Shown here: positions 48,707 through 60,361 of the stretch, one piece after another
Position numbering within the stretch: the stretch's first letter is position 1
Layout of the letters: each line of letters begins with the position of its first letter
Assembly (NCBI RefSeq): GCF_044324785.1
Contig: NZ_CP172127.1
DNA: 64,000 nucleotides
Source: Escherichia coli
GTDB lineage: Bacteria; Pseudomonadota; Gammaproteobacteria; Enterobacterales; Enterobacteriaceae
Direction: 5' to 3' (one strand)
Notes under the pieces: model-generated
Seen by the model: only the letters and a program-made list of their open reading frames with translations
Told to the model about the DNA's origin: nothing
Databases searched by the model: none
Position numbers and translations under genes: made by a program

Positions 48707-50107
48707 TTAAGGCTGTACATGACGCTGACGCAGGTCGCTAGCAATGCGTGACATCATAGGGTTATTGAGTTTGCAAAAGCGGATCGCCATCGCCAGCAGC
48801 AGGTGGAACAGCGCAGGCAGCAATGTTTCCATCGCCGCGATCCCGCCAAGCGAACTGGCGGTCTGGTTTTCCACGCCAGGCTGGTAGGCGACAAAAATAA
48901 ACAGCAGACTGATGATCCCGGCGCTGGAGGCCCAGGCCAGTTTGATGAAAAACAGATTGAAGGCGAAGTTCATGCCGGAAGAACGTACGCGGGTTTTCCA
49001 CTCGCCGTAGTCATCGGCAAAGGCCATCAATGAGAAGTGCAATGGCAATGTGAAGCCAAGAATCACGCCATTACCGAGGATCACCGCCAGCCACAGCGTT
49101 TGATAAGCCGGGCCAGAAGGCAGGAACCACATCAACACCGCCAGCGCGGCGAGGAGCAGGTTGGTGTAGTAGTAAATTTTGACGGTATCGAAACGCCGCG
49201 TTAACGGGCTGACAATCACCGAGCCGATAATGGAGGCGAAGGTGACCATAGTGAAGAACAGCGACGTGTAGCCCGTACTGCCTTGTAAGACGTAGGTAAT
49301 GAAGTACATATACCCACCGCCGCGAATATTAAAGACGTTAATCAGCAGGAAAGACATGACCAGCATCAGCAGCAGTTGGTCGTTGTTTCGCAGCCCGGCA
49401 AGATGTTCGCGCAGGGTAAATTTCCCCATTGTGGAGAGTGGCACCCGTTCACGAACCCAGAAGAAACAGCACAGGAACATCACCACGGCAATGGCGCACA
49501 ATACGCCGACGCCCAGTTGATAGCCGCGCGCGGCATTACCCTGACCGAAGAGATCTACCATCCACGGTAAGCCTACCGAAACCAGAAATCCCGCCACGCC
49601 GCAGAGAACGAATCGCCAGGACTGGCAGGAGATCACTTCATTGTGGCGGGTGGTCATGGTGTTGATCAGCGCGCAGTACGGCACGTTGATGGCGGTATAA
49701 CCGACTGAAAGGAGCAGGTAAGTGCCGAACGCCCAAGCGATTTTTACTCCCATGCTGGCATCTGGCACGGTGAACGTCAGGATGCCGATAATGCCGATGG
49801 GAATGGCAATCCACAACTGCCACGGACGAAAGCGCCCCCAGCGACTTTGCGTCCGGTCGGCAATGACGCCCATCACCGGGTCGGAGATGGCATCAAACAC
49901 GCGCAGTGCAATAAACAGCGTGCCGACCAGCGCCGGAGTTAAGCCAAAAACATCGGTGTAGAAAAAGGTGAGAAAGTTCATGATCAGGCAAGTTATTACG
50001 GTGCCGCCTGCGTCACCCAGGCCGTAGCCTATTTTTTCCCGTACAGATAACGCATCGTCAATTTTACCTTTAGCGATATCAGCGGTAGTAATCGGTGTAG
50101 AGGTCAT
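48707..50107 (-). CDS. GPH-family glycoside:cation symporter
   Basis: 466-aa ORF; GPH signature [13 protein letters not shown]; 12-TM-type hydropathy; 10 bp upstream of the GH127 gene. Confidence 0.8.
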   Translation of the reverse strand: MTSTPITTADIAKGKIDDALSVREKIGYGLGDAGGTVITCLIMNFLTFFYTDVFGLTPALVGTLFIALRVFDAISDPVMGVIADRTQSRWGRFRPWQLWIAIPIGIIGILTFTVPDASMGVKIAWAFGTYLLLSVGYTAINVPYCALINTMTTRHNEVISCQSWRFVLCGVAGFLVSVGLPWMVDLFGQGNAARGYQLGVGVLCAIAVVMFLCCFFWVRERVPLSTMGKFTLREHLAGLRNNDQLLLMLVMSFLLINVFNIRGGGYMYFITYVLQGSTGYTSLFFTMVTFASIIGSVIVSPLTRRFDTVKIYYYTNLLLAALAVLMWFLPSGPAYQTLWLAVILGNGVILGFTLPLHFSLMAFADDYGEWKTRVRSSGMNFAFNLFFIKLAWASSAGIISLLFIFVAYQPGVENQTASSLGGIAAMETLLPALFHLLLAMAIRFCKLNNPMMSRIASDLRQRHVQP

Positions 50108-50332
50108 AGATATTCCTCGTGAATAGGGAGCAATTTTTAGTTTTATTGAAATGACATGATTAATTCTGCCGTGAACGGGAATATCAACAAGGCGAGAAAA
50201 GAGTAAAAAAAGGTGACGATTCCGACCTGAATTTAAAAGTGTGAATTGGATCAGGTGAAATTAATGTTTTTGATTAATAATCAAAAGGTAATGTGTTTAA
50301 TCATTAATGAATAAGCGGGAAATTACATATCA
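50108..50332. promoter_or_regulatory. Divergent promoter region between the AraC-family regulator and the transporter/GH127 operon
   Basis: 225-bp AT-rich intergenic region between divergently oriented genes. Confidence 0.45.
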
Positions 50333-51148
50333 ATGCTCGAATTATCCATGACGTTACCGATTAAAGTGCAAAATGGTGGATTATTTATTTCCCGTGGCGT
50401 AGGGAGGCATCCGGCAAGGCGGCTGGAGTCATGGGAAATTATCTTTGTCGAAAAAGGTCGATTAGCGATTCAGGAAGAAGAGCGGATATTTCTGGTCGAT
50501 GCGGGAGAGAGTTTATTACTCTGGCCGAACCGACAGCATGTTGGGGTAGAGGATTTTCCCGCCGATCTCAAATTTTACTGGCTGCATTTTGAGGTTAAAG
50601 CGCCGGATAGCGACCCGCGCTGGCTCACTCATCTTAGCGTGCCGCAACAAACGAAGGTTGCCGATCCGCAGGCGCTGGTGGCCCTGTTTCGCCAGTTCTT
50701 AAGCGAACAGGAAAAGCATCAACGCACTCCGGCGCTGGAGTTTATTGTGCTGCTGATTTTGCAGCAGCTCACCCGTGACGCGCGTCTTGATGAACAGGCC
50801 GATGCCGCAGGTACCACGCTTGCCTGGAAAGCGCAGAAACTGATCCGCACGCAATATCATCGCCCGCTTTCCACGGCGCTTTTAGCCCGCGAGCTGTACT
50901 GCAATGCCGATTATCTTGGGCGCGTCTATCGGCGGGTGTTTCATCTGACGTTAACAGAAGCAATCCATCGCCAGCGAGTGCGCGAAGCCGAAAAGCTGTT
51001 AATTAGCGAAGCGCGATCGCTCACTGAAGTGGCGGCGTTGTGCGGGTTTAATGACGTTGGCTATTTCCGGCAGATTTTTCGCAAACACACTGGTTTAACG
51101 CCAGCAGCGTGGAAGCGGCGTTACAGCAAGGAACATATCAATTCGTAG
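50333..51148 (+). CDS. AraC-family transcriptional regulator
   Basis: 271-aa ORF; N-terminal cupin-like sensor, C-terminal AraC HTH. Confidence 0.8.
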   Translation: MLELSMTLPIKVQNGGLFISRGVGRHPARRLESWEIIFVEKGRLAIQEEERIFLVDAGESLLLWPNRQHVGVEDFPADLKFYWLHFEVKAPDSDPRWLTHLSVPQQTKVADPQALVALFRQFLSEQEKHQRTPALEFIVLLILQQLTRDARLDEQADAAGTTLAWKAQKLIRTQYHRPLSTALLARELYCNADYLGRVYRRVFHLTLTEAIHRQRVREAEKLLISEARSLTEVAALCGFNDVGYFRQIFRKHTGLTPAAWKRRYSKEHINS

Positions 51149-51179
51149 TGCCGGGGCGATGAAGCCCCGGCGTGAGGGA

Positions 51180-51875
51180 TTACTGCCCGTAATAGGCATT
51201 GGCCCCATGCTTACGCAGGTAGTGCTTATCCAACAGTTCGTTTTGCATCGCAGGGAGCTGCGGCGCAAGCTGGCGCGAGAACAGGCCCATATAGGCGCAT
51301 TCTTCCAGTACTACGGCATTATGCACCGCATCGGCGGCGTTTTCACCCCATGCGAACGGGCCGTGAGAATGCACCAGTACCGCCGGGATTTGTGCCGGAC
51401 TCCTGCCACGTTCTTCGAAGGTTTCAATGATCACTTCGCCGGTCTGATATTCATATTCGCCGTTGATCTCCTCTGCGGTCATCTGTCGCGTGCAGGGGAT
51501 TGCGCCATAGAAATAATCGGCGTGCGTGGTGCCCCAGGCGGGGAGATCCAGCCCGGCCTGTGACCAGATGGTGGCGTGGCGCGAGTGGGTATGCACAATG
51601 CCACCGATTTCGGCATAGCGACGGTAAAGCGCCAGATGCGTTGGCGTATCGGACGAGGGCTTTTTGCTGCCTTCTACCACCTTACCGCTGGCTATCTCAA
51701 CCACCACCATATCGTCGGCGGTCATCACGTCGTACTCGACGCCGGAAGGTTTGATTACCATCCATTGCCGCGCTTCGTCTACCGCGCTGACATTGCCCCA
51801 GGTGAACGTCACCAGATGGTGAGCGGGAAGTGCCAGATTTGCCGCCAGCACGTCGGCTTTCAGTTGCTCTAACAT
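51180..51875 (-). CDS. sgbE: L-ribulose-5-phosphate 4-epimerase
   Basis: 231-aa ORF; class II aldolase/epimerase; end of yiaK-sgbE operon. Confidence 0.9.
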   Translation of the reverse strand: MLEQLKADVLAANLALPAHHLVTFTWGNVSAVDEARQWMVIKPSGVEYDVMTADDMVVVEIASGKVVEGSKKPSSDTPTHLALYRRYAEIGGIVHTHSRHATIWSQAGLDLPAWGTTHADYFYGAIPCTRQMTAEEINGEYEYQTGEVIIETFEERGRSPAQIPAVLVHSHGPFAWGENAADAVHNAVVLEECAYMGLFSRQLAPQLPAMQNELLDKHYLRKHGANAYYGQ

Positions 51876-52729
51876 ATAAAACCTGCCTCCTGCATACGCG
51901 CTTCAATCCAGCGCCGCGCCTGAATAATCTCCAGCACCGGCTCTTTGGCTTTTTCGGTCCACATCTCAATCAGGAAAGAACCGCGATAGTTCAGTTCATG
52001 CAGCGTTTTGAAGATGCCAACGAAATCGACGCAGCCTTCGCCAAACGGCACATCACGGAACTGTCCGGGGCTTTGCCCGGTGACTGGCCGGGTGTCTTTC
52101 AGGTGGATCGCGGCGATACGGTCAATGCCCAGTTTCAGTTCGGCGGGAACATCATTGCCCCAGGCGCTGAGGTTGCCGACGTCCGGGTAGACGGTGAACC
52201 ACGGCGAGGCGAGCATCTCGTCCCACTTTTTCCATTTGCTGATGGAGTTCATAAACGCGGTATCCATAATCTCCACCGCCAGCATGACTTGTGATGCTGC
52301 CGCCTGTTCGACCGCCCACGCCAGCCCTTCAGCAAAACGTTGCTGGGTGCCTTCGTCGTGGTCTTCGTAATAGACGTCATAACCCGCCAGTTGAATGGTG
52401 CGAATGCCGAGATCGCGCGCCAGGCGAATCGCTTTACTCATGATTTCCCGCGCCCGTTCGCGCACCGCCTCGTCCCGGCTGCCAAAGGGAAAGCGACGAT
52501 GTGCGGACAGGCACATTGACGGAATGGCAACACCCGCTTCAATCATCGCAGTGACCAGCGAAGCACGTTGTGCGGCGCTCCAGTCAAGACGTGAGAGCCG
52601 TTCGTCGGTTTCATCCACCGACATTTCGACAAAATCAAAACCGCAGCTTTTTGCCAGTATCAGCCGCTCCGGCCAGGAGAGATCTTTCGCCAGCGCTTTT
52701 TCATAAATCCCTAACGGATGATTACGCAC
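51869..52729 (-). CDS. sgbU: L-xylulose-5-phosphate 3-epimerase (putative)
   Basis: ORF 51869-52819; likely GTG start at 52727-52729 ([13 protein letters not shown]) giving 286 aa. Confidence 0.8.
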   Translation of the reverse strand: MRNHPLGIYEKALAKDLSWPERLILAKSCGFDFVEMSVDETDERLSRLDWSAAQRASLVTAMIEAGVAIPSMCLSAHRRFPFGSRDEAVRERAREIMSKAIRLARDLGIRTIQLAGYDVYYEDHDEGTQQRFAEGLAWAVEQAAASQVMLAVEIMDTAFMNSISKWKKWDEMLASPWFTVYPDVGNLSAWGNDVPAELKLGIDRIAAIHLKDTRPVTGQSPGQFRDVPFGEGCVDFVGIFKTLHELNYRGSFLIEMWTEKAKEPVLEIIQARRWIEARMQEAGFIC

Positions 52730-53384
52730 GCGCACCTCCCCAGATGGCATCAATTTGCGCATGGAAATCGCCAGCCACCTGCGCCGGATTTGCTGCGCCT
52801 GCCAGTGCCCGCCCGGCAATAAACGCTTTCACGCGGATATCTTTAAACAGCGGCAGGTCAGCAGGGGTAATCCCGCCGGTAATGGAAAGCTCAAGGCCGA
52901 TATCGGAAAGCGCCTTCATGCGTGCCAGATCGGCTTCGCCCCACTGTTGCCCGCTGGCCTGTGCGTCACGACCGCGATGATAAATGGCCTGCCGCACGCC
53001 AATACGATGCCAGTCGCGGGCGTCGTCCAGCGTCCAGTTACCGAACAGCTCGATCTGAATTTCACCGCCGCAGCGTTGCGCCATCGCGTGGCCTTTTTCC
53101 ACCGTCGCGAGCGGCGCGGCGCAGATGATGGTCATCCAGTTGGCACCCGCGCCAAACGCCTGTTGCGCGAGCGTTTCACCCGCGTCGGCGACCTTCCAGT
53201 CGGCAACGATGATTTTGTCCGGGCACTGTTCGCGCAAGGCTTTCACCGCGCCAAGCCCTTCGTTTAAACAGAGAATGGTGCCCGCTTCGACGATATCGAC
53301 GCTATCTTTTAACAGCGTCACGTCGCGCTGCGCGGCTTCAAGTGATGAATGGTCGAGGGCCAGTTGCAGAAGTGGTCGGCTCAT
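52722..53384 (-). CDS. sgbH: 3-keto-L-gulonate-6-phosphate decarboxylase
   Basis: 220-aa ORF; OMP-decarboxylase-like. Confidence 0.9.
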   Translation of the reverse strand: MSRPLLQLALDHSSLEAAQRDVTLLKDSVDIVEAGTILCLNEGLGAVKALREQCPDKIIVADWKVADAGETLAQQAFGAGANWMTIICAAPLATVEKGHAMAQRCGGEIQIELFGNWTLDDARDWHRIGVRQAIYHRGRDAQASGQQWGEADLARMKALSDIGLELSITGGITPADLPLFKDIRVKAFIAGRALAGAANPAQVAGDFHAQIDAIWGGARA

Positions 53385-54877
53385 AATGTGTGCTCCTTGA
53401 TGCGGGCGTGATAACCCTGAAGTGCGGCAATGAGATGCTGATAGCGTTGGTATTTTTGTTGGTAAAGCTGATGGGCGGTCATATCCGGCAGCAGGGTGCG
53501 TACCGGGTGCTGTAAATCACGTTGGGCTTCGCTGAAATCGCGATAAACCCCGGTGCCGACGCGGGCGGCAAGCGCCGCGCCAAAACAGCCGGTTTCTTCC
53601 ACCTGCGGCAGCTCGATACGCAGACCGCTGACGTCCGCCAGCATTTGCATCCAGACATCGGAGTGCGCCGGACCGCCAGTGACGCGCAGGGTGTGCACAT
53701 CAGTAAAACGTTCGCGCATCCGGTTGAGATGGGTCATATGGCTGAACACCACGCCTTCATAGATGGCCTGCAACAGGTGTGCGCGGGTGTGAATGGCCTG
53801 CATCCCGTAGAAACCGCTGGTCATCTCGAGTCCGGCGTTGCTGCCGTACAGGAACGGCAGGAAAAAGAGATCGCCCCCAGCTTTTGGCAAGCTGGCAACG
53901 GCCTGGTTGATCTCTGCAAATGAGATTTCTCCCCACTGCGCGGTAAACCATTCGAGGTTGCCGGAAGAGGTGGGGCTGGCTTCGTGAACGATAAATTGAC
54001 CATCGTTAACGTAGCGACCATAGACATACGGATGCGCTTCACCGTCACGTAAACCACGGGTTATGCCGCTGGTCACCGCCCAGGTGCCCATCACCGCATT
54101 AAGGGTAAATTCGTCTTCGATCCCGGCACAGAGTGCGGTGGAAACCACATCAAACAGGCCGCCGACAACGGGCGTACCCGCTTTCAGACCGGTCAGTGCG
54201 GCTGTCTGAGCGGTGATTTCCCCGCAGATTTCGGCAGATCCGACAACAGGCGGCAGGGCGTGGTTGATTTCAGCGATCCCCAGCCAGTCGGTGAGACTCG
54301 GGTCATATTTCCCGCGACTCATGTTGTAGAGGTTGGACTCGGAAATATTGCTCTCTTCACAGCCTTTGACGCCAGTTAAACACCAGCGCAGGTAGTCGTG
54401 CGTCATCATCACGCAGCCAATTTGCGCGTAGCGTTCTGGTTTGTGCTCTTTCAGCCAGCGTAACAGCGACACCGGATGCCCGGTCCACAAGGTTTGTCGG
54501 GTCAGCGGGTAGAGTTTTTCCGGGATGCCATCTTCCTGCCAGCGACGAACGATTTCCATCGCCCGGCGATCCGAGGACAAAATAGCATTCCCGAGCGGCT
54601 TGTCGTTTTTATCCAGTAAAAACAAACCCTTTCCCTGTGCGGAGATGCCGATACCGACAATTTGTTCCCCGCTAACGCCGGAATGGGTAAGCAGGGAGCG
54701 AATGACAGCCATGCAGCATTGCCACAGTTCTGCCATATCGCGCTCTGCCCAACCTGGCTGCGGGCTTAATGCGCACAGCGGCAGGCGCTGCACGCCCGCC
54801 TCCCGGCCTTCGCGGTCATACAGCCCGGCTTTCAGCCAGCTACCGCCACAATCTAACCCCAGCCAGTATTGCGTCAT
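53381..54877 (-). CDS. lyxK: L-xylulose/3-keto-L-gulonate kinase
   Basis: 498-aa ORF; FGGY carbohydrate kinase. Confidence 0.9.
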   Translation of the reverse strand: MTQYWLGLDCGGSWLKAGLYDREGREAGVQRLPLCALSPQPGWAERDMAELWQCCMAVIRSLLTHSGVSGEQIVGIGISAQGKGLFLLDKNDKPLGNAILSSDRRAMEIVRRWQEDGIPEKLYPLTRQTLWTGHPVSLLRWLKEHKPERYAQIGCVMMTHDYLRWCLTGVKGCEESNISESNLYNMSRGKYDPSLTDWLGIAEINHALPPVVGSAEICGEITAQTAALTGLKAGTPVVGGLFDVVSTALCAGIEDEFTLNAVMGTWAVTSGITRGLRDGEAHPYVYGRYVNDGQFIVHEASPTSSGNLEWFTAQWGEISFAEINQAVASLPKAGGDLFFLPFLYGSNAGLEMTSGFYGMQAIHTRAHLLQAIYEGVVFSHMTHLNRMRERFTDVHTLRVTGGPAHSDVWMQMLADVSGLRIELPQVEETGCFGAALAARVGTGVYRDFSEAQRDLQHPVRTLLPDMTAHQLYQQKYQRYQHLIAALQGYHARIKEHTL

Positions 54878-54880
54878 GGT

Positions 54881-55867
54881 TTATTGCACCTCATCCACGG
54901 CTTTCAGCAGATCAGCACCCTGCGGAACATCTTTAACAAACATGTCGCGGACCTGATTACCCAGCGCGTCGCTAAAGGCTTTGCGATCGAGATCGGTGAT
55001 GACTTCCACGCCCGCTTCTTTCATGCCATCGATGATTTTTTGCTGATCTTCAGCAACCAGTTTGCGCTGGTAGTTACCCGCTTCTTGTGCAGATGAAACT
55101 AGCGCCTGTTGGAACTCCGGGCTTAAGCCATCAAACTTCGCTTTGTTGATCACCACCAGAAGCGGGGAATAGGCGTGATGGGTCAGAGAAAGGTACTTCT
55201 GCACTTCATAAAATTTTGCTGACCAGACAACGTTGATCGGGTGTTCCTGAGCGTCGATAGTGCGCGTTTCCAGCCCGGTATAGACTTCGGCAAACGGCAT
55301 CGGGATCGGGTTAGCGCCAAAGACTTTGAATGCGGCGATATTCATCGGGCTATTGTTGGTGCGAATTTTCAGCCCCTTCAGGTCGGCAGGTGTTTTAACT
55401 GGCTGGCGTGAGTTGGTGACATCGCGCCAGCCGTTTTCCCAATAGGCCAGTACTTTCAGTCCCTTACCTTCAAGGGAGACTTTCAGGTCATCACCGACTT
55501 TGCCGTCGAGTGTTTTATGCGCGTGGGCGGTATCGCGGAACAGGAAAGGGACATCAAGCAGGTTGATGACGGGCGAGAGTCCCGTAAAGTTGTTAGAGCC
55601 GGACATCTCCATATCAATAGTTCCGCCACGCACGCCGCTGATCATCGCCTGCGCATTACCTAGGGTACTATCCGGAAACAGTTTTAATTTCAGTTCGCCT
55701 TTGGTTTTTTCCTGCAGTAATTCATTAAATTTTTTCGCCGCAATATGTTGTGAATCGGTTTGTGAGGTTTCATAACCGAAACGTAATGATTGTGCCGCCA
55801 GAGAAGATGTGCTGAACGTCGCCACTCCGGCAATTAATAAAGCGTAGGTTACAGAACGTAATTTCAT
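54881..55867 (-). CDS. yiaO: TRAP transporter substrate-binding protein
   Basis: 328-aa ORF with signal peptide; DctP family. Confidence 0.9.
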   Translation of the reverse strand: MKLRSVTYALLIAGVATFSTSSLAAQSLRFGYETSQTDSQHIAAKKFNELLQEKTKGELKLKLFPDSTLGNAQAMISGVRGGTIDMEMSGSNNFTGLSPVINLLDVPFLFRDTAHAHKTLDGKVGDDLKVSLEGKGLKVLAYWENGWRDVTNSRQPVKTPADLKGLKIRTNNSPMNIAAFKVFGANPIPMPFAEVYTGLETRTIDAQEHPINVVWSAKFYEVQKYLSLTHHAYSPLLVVINKAKFDGLSPEFQQALVSSAQEAGNYQRKLVAEDQQKIIDGMKEAGVEVITDLDRKAFSDALGNQVRDMFVKDVPQGADLLKAVDEVQ

Positions 55868-55879
55868 TATGATTTCCTT

Positions 55880-57157
55880 TTAACTCATCCATTTAAGAGG
55901 AGCGGTAATGAGCTCCGGTATAAAAATAAATAATGCTAACAACATGAATAAAACCATGACGTAAGGCGCAACGCCTTTTACCGCATCGTCAAATTTAAGT
56001 TTCGCCACGCCGCATACCACGTTAAGAACATTACCGACTGGCGGCGTAATCAGTGATATTGAACAGTTGATAATAAACATGATGCCGAAATAGACCGGAT
56101 CTATTCCCGCTTCTTTCACTAATGGCATTAATACTGGTGTAAGAATTAATACGGTAGGCGTTAAGTCCATGACCGTACTGATCACCATAATAGCGAGCAT
56201 AATGACGATGAATAATAAGCGAGGCGAATCAACCAACGGTTGTAATAGCTCCGATACCATCATGGGTAATTCGGCGATCGTAATAAGCCATGCAGATACC
56301 GCAGCAGAGGCCACCAGGAACATCACCACGGATGTGGTTTTCGCCGCGTTAATCAGCACATGATAAAGCGTGGAGAAGGTCATCTCGCGATAGACCACCA
56401 CCGAGACGAACAGAGCGTAGAAGGCGGCAACCGCGCCTGCTTCGGTCGGTGTAAATAACCCCGAACGGAAACCGCCAATAATAATTATCGGTAAAAAGAG
56501 CGCCCAAATACCGGAAACTAAGGATTGCCAGACTTCCCGCAGTGAAGCTTTCGGCTGACAAGGTAAATTCAGTCGTTTTGCCTGCCACCACCAGGTAACC
56601 ATCAGCGTGACGCCCATCATGATGCCCGGTGCGATGCCCGCCATAAACAGTTTGCTGATGGAGAGTCCGCTGGAGACGCCGAAGATAATGAGCGGAATAG
56701 AGGGCGGGATAATGGCCGCAATAATACCTCCAGAACCGATTAGTCCGGCGGCGCGGTTTACCGGATAGTTGGCCTGACGCATCATCGGCACCAGCAGCGC
56801 GGCGACAGCTGCGGTATCAGCAACCGCAGAACCGGACAGGCTTGCCATGATCATCGCTGCCAGCACGCCCACGTAACCCAGACCGCCTGGTCTGTGGCCC
56901 ACCAGTTTCATTGGCAAGTCGACAATACGTTGCGACAGGCCGCCTGCGTTCATGATCTCACCCGCCAGCACAAAGAAGGGAATGGCTAACAGGGAGAAGC
57001 TGTCTGCGCCATTTACCAACGTTTGCGCCAGAATCTGGACATCAAAGATATCCATCCAGAACATCAATGAGATGCCGCACAGTAATAATGCCCAGGCGAT
57101 GGGAACGCCAAGAGCGATAGCCCCTAACAAACTGACAATAAATATAAGGATTGTCAT
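55880..57157 (-). CDS. yiaN: TRAP transporter large permease
   Basis: ORF 55880-57355; start trimmed to MTILIFIVSLLG (ATG checked at 57155-57157) giving 425 aa. Confidence 0.88.
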   Translation of the reverse strand: MTILIFIVSLLGAIALGVPIAWALLLCGISLMFWMDIFDVQILAQTLVNGADSFSLLAIPFFVLAGEIMNAGGLSQRIVDLPMKLVGHRPGGLGYVGVLAAMIMASLSGSAVADTAAVAALLVPMMRQANYPVNRAAGLIGSGGIIAAIIPPSIPLIIFGVSSGLSISKLFMAGIAPGIMMGVTLMVTWWWQAKRLNLPCQPKASLREVWQSLVSGIWALFLPIIIIGGFRSGLFTPTEAGAVAAFYALFVSVVVYREMTFSTLYHVLINAAKTTSVVMFLVASAAVSAWLITIAELPMMVSELLQPLVDSPRLLFIVIMLAIMVISTVMDLTPTVLILTPVLMPLVKEAGIDPVYFGIMFIINCSISLITPPVGNVLNVVCGVAKLKFDDAVKGVAPYVMVLFMLLALFIFIPELITAPLKWMS

Positions 57158-57159
57158 CG

Positions 57160-57627
57160 TCAGGCTCCTTGTTGTTTTCGGCTGGGGGTATTTGTGAACT
57201 GCCGGTATAAGTGACGCAATTCCAGCAATGCGATAATCAGACTGGTGGGGATAGCGGCGGCGTACATTAAGCCAACGGGGACGCCAAGAATGGGCGATAA
57301 GTTGCTCCAGTCTTGCGCTGTTTTTTCTATAGCGCCCCAGGCCAGCCCCAGACACAGCAATAAAATGAGCGTATGGGTTAGCAGCGAAACACGTTGTTGA
57401 TTAGCAGGTGAGAGTTTTTCGACTAAAAAAGTAACCTGCACATGGCTGTTGTCCATATAAGCAACGATTGCGCCAATAAAGGTTAACCAGACAAATAAAA
57501 GTCGGGATAATTCATCAATCGATAATATACTTGTGTGGAATCCATATCGAAGAATGATATTAATAAAAATAATACAAGACAGTATTGCGATGATGATCGC
57601 AAGAATGCCTTCGAGTATCCGTTTCAT
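57160..57627 (-). CDS. yiaM: TRAP transporter small permease
   Basis: 155-aa ORF; 4-TM DctQ-like. Confidence 0.88.
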   Translation of the reverse strand: MKRILEGILAIIIAILSCIIFINIILRYGFHTSILSIDELSRLLFVWLTFIGAIVAYMDNSHVQVTFLVEKLSPANQQRVSLLTHTLILLLCLGLAWGAIEKTAQDWSNLSPILGVPVGLMYAAAIPTSLIIALLELRHLYRQFTNTPSRKQQGA

Positions 57628-57741
57628 AACGAGTCCTTCTTGTTATGCTATATGTTTTCATTAATTGATATTATTGGTATTCGTAATATTTATTGGAAAG
57701 CGACTAATCAGAGATTCAATGTGCTATTTAAGTGAAACGGA

Positions 57742-58662
57742 TTAACGAGATTCATTCAGAGAGTGAATGCCGTTACGTAATATTTCTATTCGATGTTGTA
57801 CATCATCCTTCGCATTTATTTCGAGCAGCTTGATGCCAGCAAAATGCAATGTTGACGGTTCTGCTACATTAAATAACTCGCGAACATGATCTGTGGTCAT
57901 CAGGCTTTCTGCGCAGAATGGTGCAAACGGCGCGTGTAAATCCTGCCATTCTCCGTATGCTCCGTTTAGCGTCGTACCAGAGAACATCAACGCGCCGAGT
58001 TTTCCGGCTTGTTTCGCCATTTGGGTGTGGGTCAGCGGCAGCGTTGTATTGCGCCCTTCAATGGCAGAGCGCGCCCAGTTGATACAGATGCTGATGTCAT
58101 AATCGGTAATAACTTCCAGCACATTTTCTAAAGGCAAAAAGCCTTTTCGGGGGGAAGAAGATGTCATGGCGTCGCAGTGTTCCAGCACCAGCTTGCACGG
58201 CCAGTCCCAACTGGCGATTTCTTTCAATGAGCGGGCAAAAGCATCCGTCGCCTGCATAACATTAGGATTCGTTGCTAACGGTGCAGCCTGGAGCTCCAGT
58301 GCGAGCACTTTATTAGCCTGCAATGCGTTGATTTTATTGAACAGGTGGCGATAGTACGCCACGCAGGCTTGGCGCTGTTCTTCATCACTGGAGGCGAGAC
58401 CAAACCCGCTGTTTTCGTTGCGGCGACGCATGGTTTCCATCACTGCGGTGACGACAAATTTCCAGCTCTCTGGCGTATGACGGAGTAACCATTGATCGCC
58501 AAGAGGGTGGAAGTTTTCCAGGCAGGGTTGTTCCAGACCCAAAATGTCTGGAGTCTCAGATAATTGTCGCCAGAAATCCTTCTCTTCCTCTTCACTTCTT
58601 TGATGAAAAGAAGGTGCACAGGGATACGCGCCGATAATATAACCGGCATTATTCGTTTTCAT
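57742..58662 (-). CDS. Hypothetical protein of unknown function inserted between yiaL and yiaM
   Basis: 306-aa ORF co-oriented with the operon; not in K-12 gene order as I recall; AT-rich junction 57628-57741. Confidence 0.6.
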   Translation of the reverse strand: MKTNNAGYIIGAYPCAPSFHQRSEEEEKDFWRQLSETPDILGLEQPCLENFHPLGDQWLLRHTPESWKFVVTAVMETMRRRNENSGFGLASSDEEQRQACVAYYRHLFNKINALQANKVLALELQAAPLATNPNVMQATDAFARSLKEIASWDWPCKLVLEHCDAMTSSSPRKGFLPLENVLEVITDYDISICINWARSAIEGRNTTLPLTHTQMAKQAGKLGALMFSGTTLNGAYGEWQDLHAPFAPFCAESLMTTDHVRELFNVAEPSTLHFAGIKLLEINAKDDVQHRIEILRNGIHSLNESR

Positions 58663-58685
58663 TATGTGCTCCAGTAATAACTTTT

Positions 58686-59153
<468 letters not shown>

Positions 59154-59161
59154 TTATCTCC

Positions 59162-60160
59162 TCATAACGCCTGGATTTTGGCCCACACGCTGTCATCAAC
59201 GGTGATGCCGTTACGGCGGTTTTCGGCCAGCAGGGTAGTAAATTCGTGGCCGGGTAAGCGGATGGCCTGGTTTTCGTCAGCGCGTTCAGCGGTAGTAACG
59301 TAATCCATGATGCGTTGCAGCTTGGCATCGCGGGTGGGGCCGTCGATAAGCTTATCTACTTCAATGGCAATAAAAATTTGTGAAATGCCGTATTCGTCGC
59401 TGTTGTCCTGGGTGACTTCGGCAACCGATGCGCCGTCAGAAAGGAGAGTGGCGATCATATCCAGCACAATCGACATGCCAGAACCTTTCCAGTAACCCAT
59501 CGGCAAAATTCGGCGATTTTTCTCGATAACGCCTGGTTCTTTGGTCAAATTGCCCTCATCATCAAAGCCACCATCTACCGGGAGCTGACGACCTGCCAGA
59601 CGGTTAACTTCTAACATGCCGTAAGAGAACATCGACATCGACATATCGACCATGGTGATTGGGGTAGAAGGAATGGCGACGATCAGCGGGTTGGTGCCGA
59701 TGCGACACTCTTTTGCGCCCCACGGCGGCATTACGGCGATGGAGTTGGTCCAGCAAATGCCAATATAGCCTTTTTCCGCCGCCTGCCAGCCGTAGCTGCC
59801 GCCGCGCATCCAGTGGTTGGCATTACGTAGTGCCACCAGACCAATACCATGATCGGCAGCCAGTTCGATGGCGCGATCCATCATCTTTTTCGCTGTCAGG
59901 TTACCGATCGAACGCTGGGCGTCCCACTGTTCAATTGCGCCGAGGCTGGTTATACGTTTGGGTTGGGCATCAGGAATGATATCGCCGTTTTCCAGTTGTT
60001 GAATGAAACGAGGGAAACGGTTGACGCCGTGAGAATAAACGCCGGATTCGGTGGTGCGGGCGAACATTTCGGCACAGGCATCAGCCGTTTCGCTGTCAAC
60101 GCCGCGTGAAATTAAGACTCGATTAAAGGCTGCTTTTAACTGCTCAAATGTCACTTTCAT
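59162..60160 (-). CDS. yiaK: 2,3-diketo-L-gulonate reductase
   Basis: ORF 59162-60199; likely start at internal Met [12 protein letters not shown] giving 332 aa (start position uncertain by a base or two from hand counting). Confidence 0.85.
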   Translation of the reverse strand: MKVTFEQLKAAFNRVLISRGVDSETADACAEMFARTTESGVYSHGVNRFPRFIQQLENGDIIPDAQPKRITSLGAIEQWDAQRSIGNLTAKKMMDRAIELAADHGIGLVALRNANHWMRGGSYGWQAAEKGYIGICWTNSIAVMPPWGAKECRIGTNPLIVAIPSTPITMVDMSMSMFSYGMLEVNRLAGRQLPVDGGFDDEGNLTKEPGVIEKNRRILPMGYWKGSGMSIVLDMIATLLSDGASVAEVTQDNSDEYGISQIFIAIEVDKLIDGPTRDAKLQRIMDYVTTAERADENQAIRLPGHEFTTLLAENRRNGITVDDSVWAKIQAL

Positions 60161-60361
60161 CCCTGGCTTCCTTGTTTTTTTTGATCGCTTTTTTGGCATA
60201 AAATTTCAATATGCGAAATCTGATTTCAAATATATCGATCGCTTTTTAACAAAGCAATCTGATTGATGAATTTCAAAAAACTTAAAAATCAATTGGTTAT
60301 AAATTATCTGTCGAGATCGTGAACTACGGCACACTTTGCGCTACCATCAGGACGCGACAAA

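Noticed and set aside
47860..48741. 293-aa plus-strand ORF antisense to the GH127 gene
   Set aside because: Shadow ORF; the GH127 frame has the conserved cysteine motif and proper RBS.
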